From assembly GCA_016214105.1 (NCBI GenBank), contig JACRPD010000029.1, forward strand, positions 1 to 46,148: DNA of 46,148 nt, written 5' to 3'. The DNA comes from Candidatus Magasanikiibacteriota bacterium. Its GTDB lineage: Bacteria; Patescibacteriota; Patescibacteriia; Magasanikbacterales; UBA922. A program made the position numbers and the translations under genes. The notes beneath the pieces are model-generated. The model saw nothing but the letters and a program-made list of their open reading frames with translations. It ran no database searches and was not told where the DNA came from. Numbering within the stretch: position 1 is the first letter of the stretch; every line of letters starts with the position of its first letter. Positions 7,731-15,838 of the stretch are shown here, one piece after another.

Positions 7731-8249
7731 TTATTTTATTTTGACTATCTGATATTCCACTTCTTTTTTATCAGCCAATTTAATTTTTATTTTCTCGCCG
7801 ATTTTACGCCCAATCAACGACGCTCCAAGCGGGGAGTTGTGGGATATAACGCCTTTTTCCGGATTAGTTTCAGAAGAACCAAGTATTTGATAGGTTTTTT
7901 CTTTTTTACCGTCAGTAATTGTAACTGTGCTACCGATCTGCACTGCGCCTATTTTTGTTTGCGGCGCGATGATTTCCGCGTGTCTCAGTTGGTTTTCTAA
8001 AATAAGGATTTTTTCGTTAATTCCTCGCAATCGTCCTTTGGCCATTTGGTATTCCACATTTTCGGAAAAGTCGCCGAGTTCGGCCAATCGTTTTACTTCT
8101 TCCACCGCGCGCGGTCGGTTGAAATTTTTTAATTTTTCCAGCTTATTTTTTAGTTCGTCAAATTTATCCTTGGTTAAAAAGGGATCTAATTTTGTCTGGC
8201 TGAACTTGCCGGGCTTGCGATAGGGGATTTGCATATTGCTTGAAAGCAT
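7731..8249 (-). CDS. greA: Transcription elongation factor GreA family, paralog 1
   Basis: Coiled-coil N-terminal domain with GDFSENVEYQMAKGRLRGINEKILILENQL, and a C-terminal FKBP-like domain with ISHNSPLGASLIGRKIGEKI. The start could also be the internal ATG at 8234. Confidence 0.85.
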   Translation of the reverse strand: MLSSNMQIPYRKPGKFSQTKLDPFLTKDKFDELKNKLEKLKNFNRPRAVEEVKRLAELGDFSENVEYQMAKGRLRGINEKILILENQLRHAEIIAPQTKIGAVQIGSTVTITDGKKEKTYQILGSSETNPEKGVISHNSPLGASLIGRKIGEKIKIKLADKKEVEYQIVKIK

Positions 8250-8294
8250 TATACAATGAATATATTAGAAAAGCTAATTATTAATTTTAATTTT

Positions 8295-8693
8295 ATGCGT
8301 GGATACAATATTGATATTGAAAAAGCGACCAAAGAAAATAAAAATTTTCGTAAGGTGCTTTACACGGGCAAACACAGCCAGTTGGTGTTAATGACGCTAA
8401 AACCAAACGAAGAAATTGGCATGGAGGTTCATGAGGAGAATGATCAGTTTTTTCGTTTTGAATCCGGACGAGGGAAATGTATTATTGATGGAAATGAATA
8501 TCCAGTTGGCGATGGCGTGGCTATTGTCGTCCCGGCTGGCGCGCAGCATAATGTGGTAAATATTTCAGATTCGGAAGATTTAAAATTATATACAATTTAT
8601 TCTCCGCCACATCACCAAGACGGCGTTATCCGCGCCACGAAAGCCGAAGCGGAAGCGGATAGTCCGGAGTTTGTTGCAGTGACGACGGAATAG
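8295..8693 (+). CDS. Cupin-domain protein
   Basis: GKHSQLVLMTLKPNEEIGMEVHEENDQFFRFESGRG ... VPAGAQHNVVN is a typical cupin two-motif pattern. The ORF opens at 8256. I prefer ATG 8295 (MRGYNIDIEK) because 8256 lies only 6 nt from the divergent greA start. Confidence 0.7.
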   Translation: MRGYNIDIEKATKENKNFRKVLYTGKHSQLVLMTLKPNEEIGMEVHEENDQFFRFESGRGKCIIDGNEYPVGDGVAIVVPAGAQHNVVNISDSEDLKLYTIYSPPHHQDGVIRATKAEAEADSPEFVAVTTE

Positions 8694-8731
8694 CGAGACA
8701 AAAAATAACGAAAATAAACAAAATTGACTGA

Positions 8732-10489
8732 ATGAAAAATTTTACCAACTCAACGTTGAAAATATATTGGCAGCACACAAGTAAACATAAATTGCTGATG
8801 TTTTTAACTTTATTCGCGGTAGCCGGGGGTGCTTTGGTTAGTGTTATTGTTCCGCTGTATTTAAAGAAGTTTTTTGATCTCATTTCCCAATCCAGCAGTC
8901 CGGATATCGCCAGTCTTTTAGTGGCTACTTTACTTTCGATTTTGGGTGTTGAATTAATCGGCTGGCTGTGCTGGCGCGTTGCCAGTTTTGCCGCGGGTTA
9001 TCTGCAATCCGGCGTTATGGCGGAGTTGTCTGATACGGTATTTAAATACCTGCATCATCACTCCTTATCTTTTTTCAGCGATAATTTTATCGGTTCGCTG
9101 GTGAAAAAGGCGAATCGCTTTATCTATTCCTATGAACGTTTAAGCGACCGTTTATTTTGGAATTTATTAAATCTTTTAATCAGCGTCAGCGCGATTATTT
9201 TTGTCTTGTTTACACGCAGTGTTTTAATTGGCTCCGCGCTGTTGATTTGGGTCACGGTGTTTATAATAGTAAATATTTTTTTGATTAAGTATCGTTTGAA
9301 GTTTGATCTTGTTCGCAGTGAAGCGGAATCAGCCGTGTCAGGCGACCTGGCGGACACCTTAAGCAATCATACTAACGTAAAATTGTTCAACGGCTATTTT
9401 CGCGAAATCGGTGTTTTCTTCGGACTGTGCCAAAAAGTAAAAAATCTTCAACGCCGGGTTTGGAATATAGAGAATACTTTTGAGGCGATTCAAGGGTTGC
9501 TGGCAATTAGTATTGAAATCGGCCTGATGTATGTTGGCGTTCGTCTTTGGCAAAAAAACCAGTTTACTATCGGCGATTTTGTCCTTTTGCAGAGTTATTT
9601 GTTGGCGGTTTTGATGAAAATTTGGGATTTGGGCCGTTTGATGCGCGATGTTTATCATGATTTATCCGACGCGGAAGAGATGACGGAAATTTTAAACACA
9701 CCGCACGAAATTCAGGACGTTTCGCGGGCAAAAGTTTTGCGCGTGCCGCGCGGCGGAATTAAGTTTGAAAACGTTGATTTTAATTACAAACAAACTCATA
9801 GTGTTTTAACCGGGTTTAATCTTGATATCTTGCCAAAAGAAAAAATCGCCTTAGTCGGCCCATCCGGCGCGGGCAAGACCACGGTAACGAAAATACTTCT
9901 GCGTTTGTATGATATTCAGCAGGGCAAAATTTCTATTGATGGACAAAGAATAGATAAGGTTACCCAAGAAAGCTTATGGGCTAATTTAAGCTTGGTGCCG
10001 CAAGATCCGATTCTTTTTCACCGTTCATTAAAGGAAAATATTCGTTATGGCCGGCCGGAAGCGACAGATAAAGAAGTATATAAAGCCGCTAAGTTAGCGC
10101 ATTGTCATGAGTTTATCTCTCAATTTCCTGAAGGATATGAAACTTTTGTCGGCGAACGCGGCGTGAAGTTGTCCGGCGGCGAACGCCAGCGGGTGGCGAT
10201 CGCGCGAGCAATTATTCACAATGCGCCGATTTTAGTTTTGGACGAGGCGACTTCCAGTTTAGATTCGGAATCAGAAAGATTGATCCAAGAAGCGCTTGAT
10301 AATTTGATGCGCGACAAAACGGTAATTGTTATTGCTCATCGTTTGTCCACGATAATGAAAATGGATCGGATAATATTGATTGACGGCGGGAGAATAAAAG
10401 AAGAGGGGACGCACGATGAATTGTTGGAGCAAGCCGGCGGTATTTATCGAAAACTCTGGCAACTGCAAGCCGGGGGGTTTATCAGTTGA
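8732..10489 (+). CDS. ABC exporter, fused permease and ATPase (MsbA/MdlB-like)
   Basis: Six-TM N-terminal domain, Walker A GPSGAGKTT, signature LSGGERQR, Walker B ILVLDEATSSLD. Stop TGA at 10487-10489. Confidence 0.9.
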   Translation: MKNFTNSTLKIYWQHTSKHKLLMFLTLFAVAGGALVSVIVPLYLKKFFDLISQSSSPDIASLLVATLLSILGVELIGWLCWRVASFAAGYLQSGVMAELSDTVFKYLHHHSLSFFSDNFIGSLVKKANRFIYSYERLSDRLFWNLLNLLISVSAIIFVLFTRSVLIGSALLIWVTVFIIVNIFLIKYRLKFDLVRSEAESAVSGDLADTLSNHTNVKLFNGYFREIGVFFGLCQKVKNLQRRVWNIENTFEAIQGLLAISIEIGLMYVGVRLWQKNQFTIGDFVLLQSYLLAVLMKIWDLGRLMRDVYHDLSDAEEMTEILNTPHEIQDVSRAKVLRVPRGGIKFENVDFNYKQTHSVLTGFNLDILPKEKIALVGPSGAGKTTVTKILLRLYDIQQGKISIDGQRIDKVTQESLWANLSLVPQDPILFHRSLKENIRYGRPEATDKEVYKAAKLAHCHEFISQFPEGYETFVGERGVKLSGGERQRVAIARAIIHNAPILVLDEATSSLDSESERLIQEALDNLMRDKTVIVIAHRLSTIMKMDRIILIDGGRIKEEGTHDELLEQAGGIYRKLWQLQAGGFIS

Positions 10490-10498
10490 TAAAAAATT

Positions 10499-13441
10499 AT
10501 GAGTGAATTAAATCCCGCGCAACTTAAAGCAATAAAACACAACGGTGGTCCGCTGTTGATTGTGGCTGGAGCCGGAACCGGGAAAACGACGGTCATAACA
10601 AAAAAAATCGCGCATTTAATTAAAGACGGATTAGCGAAGCCGGAAGAAATTTTAGCGGTTACTTTTACTGACAAGGCCGCTGGAGAAATGTTAGATCGTG
10701 TTGATAAAGAGCTTGATGCGGGTTATGCCGACTTGCAGATTTCAACTTTTCACGCTTTTTGCCAGCGCCTATTAGAACATCATGGTTTGGATATTGGAAT
10801 TTCCAATCAATTCAAGCTTCTGACCCAAACCGACGCGTGGCTTTTGGTTAGACAAAACCTGGAAAAATTTAATTTGGATTATTATCGTCCGCTCGGCAAC
10901 CCGACGCGGCATATTCATGAATTAATAAAACATTTTTCCAAATGCAAAGATGAGCTGGTAAGTCCGGAAGAGTATTTACAGCATGCTCAAGGACAACAAT
11001 TAGATAAAGATTCAACCGAAGAATCGGGACGCTTGTCAGAGGTCGCTAACGCTTATCATGTTTATAATCAGCTTCTTTTGGATAATAACGCCTTGGATTT
11101 TGGCGATCTGATTTATTGCGCGGTTAAATTGCTGGGAAAGCGACCGAACATTCTAAAGTCATTGCAAGAAAGATTTAAATATATTTTGGTTGATGAGTTT
11201 CAAGATGTAAATTGGGCGCAATATTATCTTGTCAAACTCTTGGGGCAGCACGAGCGATTGACGGTCGTCGGGGACGATGATCAGTCCATTTTTGCCTTCC
11301 GCGGAGCATCAGTCTCAAACATTTTACGGTTTAAACAAGACTTTCCAAAAGCCAAAGAGGTTGTGTTAACGGAAAATTATCGTTCCGGGCAAGAGATTTT
11401 GGATCTGGCGTATAAGTCAATACAAAATAATAATCCGGATCGCCTTGAATTTAAGCTTAAAATCGATAAGTCCTTAAAGTCTGTAAAGTCCTTAAAGTCT
11501 GTAAAGTCCGTGATTGAACATGTTCATTGCGCTACTTTGAATGATGAGGTGGAAGCGGTGGTGAAGAAAATTAGTGATATTAGCGGTAGTGGATTGGTGG
11601 GCTTGGATGAGATTGCAATTTTGGTGCGGGCGAACAGCCACGCCGAACCGTTTATCGCCGGCTTGGAGCACGCGGGCATACCATATGAATTTTTAGCGTC
11701 TTCCGGACTTTTTCGCCAACCAATAGTCTTGGACGCGTATAATTTTTTGAAAGTTGTTGATTCTTATCACGAGTCAAGCGCTGTGTTTAGGCTGTTGAAA
11801 TTGCCAGTTTTTGATTTTCCGGAAAATGATTTGCAGAAATTAACTCATTTCGCGCGTAAAAAATCCATTTCCTATTACGAAGCGCTAAAGCGCGGACAAG
11901 AAATTGGCTTATATAAAGAGTGGATTGGGGTCTGCGAGAAATTGATCGGATTAATTCATAACGGGATGAAACAGGCAAGAACCGGCAAGCCGGCCGCGAT
12001 TCTGATTGATTTTTTTGAAGCCAGCGGGTATTTCAAGTATCTAACCCATGAGGATGCGGTCGGCAACCAAAATGTTATCCGCCAAATTCATCAACTGCAT
12101 CAATTTTTTGAAGAAGTAAAAAAATACGAGGAGACAATCAAAGATGCGAATGTGAAAGGTTTTGTTGAGCATTGCCAATATTTAATGGATGCCGGAGATG
12201 AGGGCTCAATGCGCCAGCTGGAAGACACGCCCGATTCGGTTAATATTTTGACTATTCACGCGGCCAAGGGTTTGGAATTTAAATATGTTTTTGTCGTGAA
12301 TTTGGTTGAAGACAGATTTCCTTCCCGTTCGCGCGGCGAAGCGATTGAATTGCCGGCGGATTTAATTAAAGAACAACTGCCCGAAGGCGATTTTCATATT
12401 CAGGAAGAACGCCGTTTATGTTACGTGGCCATGACGCGCGCGAAAGAGAGTTTATTTCTCACCAGCGCGTCAGATTACGGCGGCGTACGGGCGAAGAAAA
12501 TCAGCAGGTTTTTGGATGAATTGGGGTTTGGTGTTAAAAAAGAGAAAGAGGTGGAGAAGAAAATGCTGCCTAACATTGAACATGGAATATGGAACAGCGC
12601 ACGATTGGAGAAAGAAAAAACAAAAATCAGTTATGAAATCCCAAGCTCCCTTTCTTACTCAAAAATAAATTCTTATCAAAGATGTCCGTATCAATACAAA
12701 CTGGCTTACATTTTAGAAATTCCAACCAAAGGCAGCGCGAGTTTTAGTTTCGGATTAACCATGCACGGCACGATGCAAAAATTTTATCAGCGCATAATAG
12801 AATTAAATAGCGCCAAACAGGATTCGTTGTTTGGAATAACGCAATCGTTAACGAATAATAGCGGTAAAATTAAAATTCCTACTTTGGATGAATTACTAAG
12901 CATTTATCAAGAGAAATGGATTGATGATTGGTATAAAAATCAGAAGCAGAGAGAAGAGTATTTCGCCAAAGGGAAAAAAGTTTTGAAAGTTTTTTACGAA
13001 ACACAAGAGGGTAATTGGACTATCCCCGTGGCGCTGGAAGGTTGGTTTAAAATTAAAGTAGGCGACTGCTTTATTAATGGCCGGATTGATCGAATTGACA
13101 AGCTGGCGGATGGTTCGTTGGAGATTGTTGACTACAAAACCGGCAAGACCAAAGAAAAAGTTACCGGCGATGAGAAAAACCAGCTTTTGATTTATCAAAT
13201 CGCGGCGCAGAGTCTGTCGGAATATAAAAATTTGGGTACAGTGGCGAAATTAACTTACTATTATCTGGAAGACAATGTGCGGACGGAGTTTTTAGGCAAA
13301 GATGAAGAGCTGGAAGAATTGCGCGAGAAAATTTCCGCGACAATTAATCGGATCAAAACACAAGACTTCACCGCCACCCCGGGACCACACGTCTGCGGAT
13401 TTTGCGATTTTAAAGATATTTGCGAATATCGCCGATTATGA
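10499..13441 (+). CDS. UvrD/PcrA-like superfamily-1 helicase with a C-terminal PD-(D/E)XK (Cas4/AddB-like, Cys-cluster) nuclease domain
   Basis: AGAGTGKT, ILVDEFQDVN, VVGDDDQSIFAFRGA, TENYRS, TIHAAKGLEF, YVAMTRAK. The C-terminus has CPYQYKL ... GRIDRID ... EIVDYKTGK ... QLLIYQ ... CGFCDFKDIC. Confidence 0.9.
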   Translation: MSELNPAQLKAIKHNGGPLLIVAGAGTGKTTVITKKIAHLIKDGLAKPEEILAVTFTDKAAGEMLDRVDKELDAGYADLQISTFHAFCQRLLEHHGLDIGISNQFKLLTQTDAWLLVRQNLEKFNLDYYRPLGNPTRHIHELIKHFSKCKDELVSPEEYLQHAQGQQLDKDSTEESGRLSEVANAYHVYNQLLLDNNALDFGDLIYCAVKLLGKRPNILKSLQERFKYILVDEFQDVNWAQYYLVKLLGQHERLTVVGDDDQSIFAFRGASVSNILRFKQDFPKAKEVVLTENYRSGQEILDLAYKSIQNNNPDRLEFKLKIDKSLKSVKSLKSVKSVIEHVHCATLNDEVEAVVKKISDISGSGLVGLDEIAILVRANSHAEPFIAGLEHAGIPYEFLASSGLFRQPIVLDAYNFLKVVDSYHESSAVFRLLKLPVFDFPENDLQKLTHFARKKSISYYEALKRGQEIGLYKEWIGVCEKLIGLIHNGMKQARTGKPAAILIDFFEASGYFKYLTHEDAVGNQNVIRQIHQLHQFFEEVKKYEETIKDANVKGFVEHCQYLMDAGDEGSMRQLEDTPDSVNILTIHAAKGLEFKYVFVVNLVEDRFPSRSRGEAIELPADLIKEQLPEGDFHIQEERRLCYVAMTRAKESLFLTSASDYGGVRAKKISRFLDELGFGVKKEKEVEKKMLPNIEHGIWNSARLEKEKTKISYEIPSSLSYSKINSYQRCPYQYKLAYILEIPTKGSASFSFGLTMHGTMQKFYQRIIELNSAKQDSLFGITQSLTNNSGKIKIPTLDELLSIYQEKWIDDWYKNQKQREEYFAKGKKVLKVFYETQEGNWTIPVALEGWFKIKVGDCFINGRIDRIDKLADGSLEIVDYKTGKTKEKVTGDEKNQLLIYQIAAQSLSEYKNLGTVAKLTYYYLEDNVRTEFLGKDEELEELREKISATINRIKTQDFTATPGPHVCGFCDFKDICEYRRL
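11468..11509. repeat. 18-nt tandem repeat x2.3 (alternating 9-mers aagtcctta/aagtctgta) inside the helicase gene
   Basis: It encodes KSLKSVKSLKSVKS in frame, in a variable region of the 2B-like domain. Confidence 0.9.
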
Positions 13442-13852
13442 CTGATATAATTATATTTCTCATAATATTTTCTTTATTTTATTTAATTTTGTTATTTTAT
13501 GTTGCTTACATGGTCTATGCTACCGTAAGCGGCGCGCCGTTTGTGCCGACGCGGAGTCGCAATGTTGTTAAAATGATTGAGCTGGCTAATTTAACCGACG
13601 CGGAGAAGGTAATTGATTTGGGTTCTGGCGAGGGAAGAATCGTGTTCGCGGTCGCTTCGCATTGCGAGCAAAGCGTTGGCGTGGAAATAAACCCTTTCTT
13701 GTATTGGATCAGCCGATTAAAACAAAGAGTTTCTAATTGCAAAAATCAAAAAAGAAATGAAACCCGGAAGCCGCGTTGTTTCCTACGCTTTTACTTTTTC
13801 CGATTGGCCAATAGAGAAGAAAGATGGTAATATTTATGTGTATGTTGTTTGA
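13438..13852 (+). pseudogene. Class I SAM-dependent methyltransferase remnant (internal deletion plus frameshift)
   Basis: The first frame gives a TM helix plus motif I (VIDLGSGEGRIVFAVA ... GVEINP) and then runs into nonsense and a stop at 13830. A second frame from about 13721 gives EFLIAKIKKEMKPGSRVVSYAFTFSDWPIEKKDGNIYVYVV*, the typical C-terminal end of the same family. The middle of the fold is missing. Confidence 0.6.
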
Positions 13853-13854
13853 TT

Positions 13855-14154
13855 ATGCCCCTTACTCGTCTCGCCGACACTTTAAAAAATAAAATCGCGG
13901 CGCAAACTCCGCTAAAAAAGCAGCTGCAAGCCAGTCAGATTGTTGAGTCCGCGAAAGAATTTCTATTGGAGATATTTGGCAAAGAACAGGAAAAAAACAT
14001 TGCCGCGCTGTTTTTGAAAAATCGCACTCTAACAATCAGCTGCGCCAACTCGGCCGTGGCACAAGAAGTCCGCCTCCGCCAGCAGGAGATTGTTGATGGA
14101 GTTAATAATAAAATCGGCAAAAATGAAGTGGACAGGATTAGATATTTACTGTGA
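13855..14154 (+). CDS. DUF721/DciA-like protein
   Basis: About 100 aa. The pattern ...IVESAKEFLLEIFGKE ... LKNRTLTISCANSAVAQEVRLRQQEIVDGVNNKIG...VDRIRY matches the DUF721 layout from memory. Confidence 0.55.
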   Translation: MPLTRLADTLKNKIAAQTPLKKQLQASQIVESAKEFLLEIFGKEQEKNIAALFLKNRTLTISCANSAVAQEVRLRQQEIVDGVNNKIGKNEVDRIRYLL

Positions 14155-14180
14155 CTGTCCACACTTGCCAAAATCTAGCT

Positions 14181-14224
14181 AAAATAGTAGAATAACCGGT
14201 AGCTAAGGCTACTATTTTTTGTTT
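14181..14224 (+). terminator. Rho-independent terminator
   Basis: aaaatagtag (14181-14190) pairs with ctactatttt (14209-14218) and is followed by a T-run. Confidence 0.6.
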
Positions 14225-14225
14225 T

Positions 14226-14624
14226 ATGACCCTTCGCCAATACCTCGCAATTATGCTAATCGCCACGGTGCTCTGTTGGGCCGCGTGGTGGATTGTTGTC
14301 ATGAATATCGATCCGTTTCAAGATACCGGCGTTGGTTTTGGATTTTTTTATTTAAGCCTATTCTTCGCTCTGCTTGGCACAATTTCTCTGCTGGCATTTT
14401 TAGTTCGGCATCTATTAAACCGTGATTATTTGATCATGTATCGCCAAGTGCAAAAGAGTTTTCGCGATTCATTGATAATTTCCAGCGCGTTGACTCTTCT
14501 GATGTATTTGCAGGGCAAGCAGTATCTTAATTGGTGGAATATGATGATGTTTTTCGCGATTATATTTTTAATCCTGTCATTTTTTTGGTCAACTAAAAAT
14601 TCTAAACAAAATTTTATCCAATAA
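14226..14624 (+). CDS. Hypothetical membrane protein (4 predicted TM helices)
   Basis: 132 aa and hydrophobic. No family recognised. Confidence 0.6.
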   Translation: MTLRQYLAIMLIATVLCWAAWWIVVMNIDPFQDTGVGFGFFYLSLFFALLGTISLLAFLVRHLLNRDYLIMYRQVQKSFRDSLIISSALTLLMYLQGKQYLNWWNMMMFFAIIFLILSFFWSTKNSKQNFIQ

Positions 14625-14629
14625 TTATT

Positions 14630-15835
14630 ATGCGCCAATCACAACTTTTTACCAAAACATTGCGCGAAGCGCCAAAAGACGAAGTCAGCCTGAACGCCCA
14701 GCTTCTAATTCGAGCAGGGTTTGTTGATAAATTGATGGCCGGAGTTTACACTTACTTGCCGCTCGGCTTGCGCGTGTTGAAAAAGATTCAAAATATTATT
14801 CGCGAAGAAATAGACGCGGTCGGCGGACAGGAGATTTTGATGCCAGCCTTGAGTCCAAAAGAAAATTGGGAGGCAACTGGTCGTTGGGATGGACTGGATG
14901 TTTTGTTCAAACTGGAAGGCGCGGGCGATAAAGAATACGCTTTGGGCGCTTCTCATGAAGAAGTGGTAAAGCCTTTGGTTCAACGTTTTGTCAAATCTTA
15001 CAAAGATTTGCCGGAGGCAGTGTATCAAATCCAACACAAATTTCGCAATGAACCGCGCGCGAAGTCAGGGCTTTTACGCGGTCGTGAATTTAACATGAAA
15101 GACCTGTACAGCTTCCATCGCGATGAAGCGGATATGAACTCTTACTATGAAAAAGTAAGCGCGGCTTATTCTAAAATTTTCTCTCGCTGCGGTTTGGACG
15201 CTAAAATAGTTGAAGCCACGGGTGGAACTTTCAGCAAATTTTCCCATGAATTTCAAGTTTTTACCGAACACGGCGAAGATGATGTCTATGTCTGCGGCAA
15301 ATGCGGTAAAAATCAAAACAAAGAATTAGTGACGGATTTAAAGTGCCCATATTGCGGCGCGGCCAGAGAAGTTAAAAAAGCAATTGAGGTTGGCAATATT
15401 TTTAAATTAAAAATCAAGTATTCCGCTCCGTTTGCTTTTAAATACTGCGCGGAAGATAATCAAGAAAAAGATGTGTTTATGGGTTGTTTTGGTCTCGGGC
15501 CGTCGCGGGTGATGGGCGCGATTGTTGAAGTTGGCCATGACGCCAACGGCATGATTTGGCCCGAATCAGTGGCTCCGTTTGATATTCACTTGGTTTCGTT
15601 GGCTAAAAGTCCGGTCGTCGCCAAACGCGCGGATGAAATTTACGAGAAATTAATCAGGTCCGGCAAAGAAGTGCTGTACGACGACAGAGCTGACGTTTCC
15701 GCTGGCGCGAAATTCGCTGACAGCGATCTAATTGGCGTTCCTTATCGTTATGTCGTGAGTGCCAAAACTTTGGAAAAAGATTCGGTGGAGGTAAAACGAC
15801 GAGGTGAAGAAAAAACGGATTTAGTGAAGATATAA
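14630..15835 (+). CDS. proS: Prolyl-tRNA synthetase, short bacterial-type form lacking the INS editing domain
   Basis: Class II motifs (FRNEPRAKSGLLRGREFNMKDLYSF; GCFGLGPSRVMGAIVE) and an anticodon-binding C-terminus. Only 401 aa. A CxxC...CxxC segment sits where the INS domain would be. Confidence 0.9.
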   Translation: MRQSQLFTKTLREAPKDEVSLNAQLLIRAGFVDKLMAGVYTYLPLGLRVLKKIQNIIREEIDAVGGQEILMPALSPKENWEATGRWDGLDVLFKLEGAGDKEYALGASHEEVVKPLVQRFVKSYKDLPEAVYQIQHKFRNEPRAKSGLLRGREFNMKDLYSFHRDEADMNSYYEKVSAAYSKIFSRCGLDAKIVEATGGTFSKFSHEFQVFTEHGEDDVYVCGKCGKNQNKELVTDLKCPYCGAAREVKKAIEVGNIFKLKIKYSAPFAFKYCAEDNQEKDVFMGCFGLGPSRVMGAIVEVGHDANGMIWPESVAPFDIHLVSLAKSPVVAKRADEIYEKLIRSGKEVLYDDRADVSAGAKFADSDLIGVPYRYVVSAKTLEKDSVEVKRRGEEKTDLVKI

Positions 15836-15838
15836 ATT

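Noticed and set aside
8256-8294. N-terminal 13 codons of the cupin ORF (MNILEKLIINFNF)
   Set aside because: This start would leave only 6 nt to the divergent greA start. Cupin homologs, as I recall them, begin near MRGY. The later ATG at 8295 is preferred, though this is not certain.
11468-11509. Short tandem repeats (also 897-922, 25183-25206, 31928-31958 and 43506-43529) considered as CRISPR-like arrays
   Set aside because: The units are 7-18 nt and contiguous, with no spacers. These are simple sequence repeats, not CRISPR.
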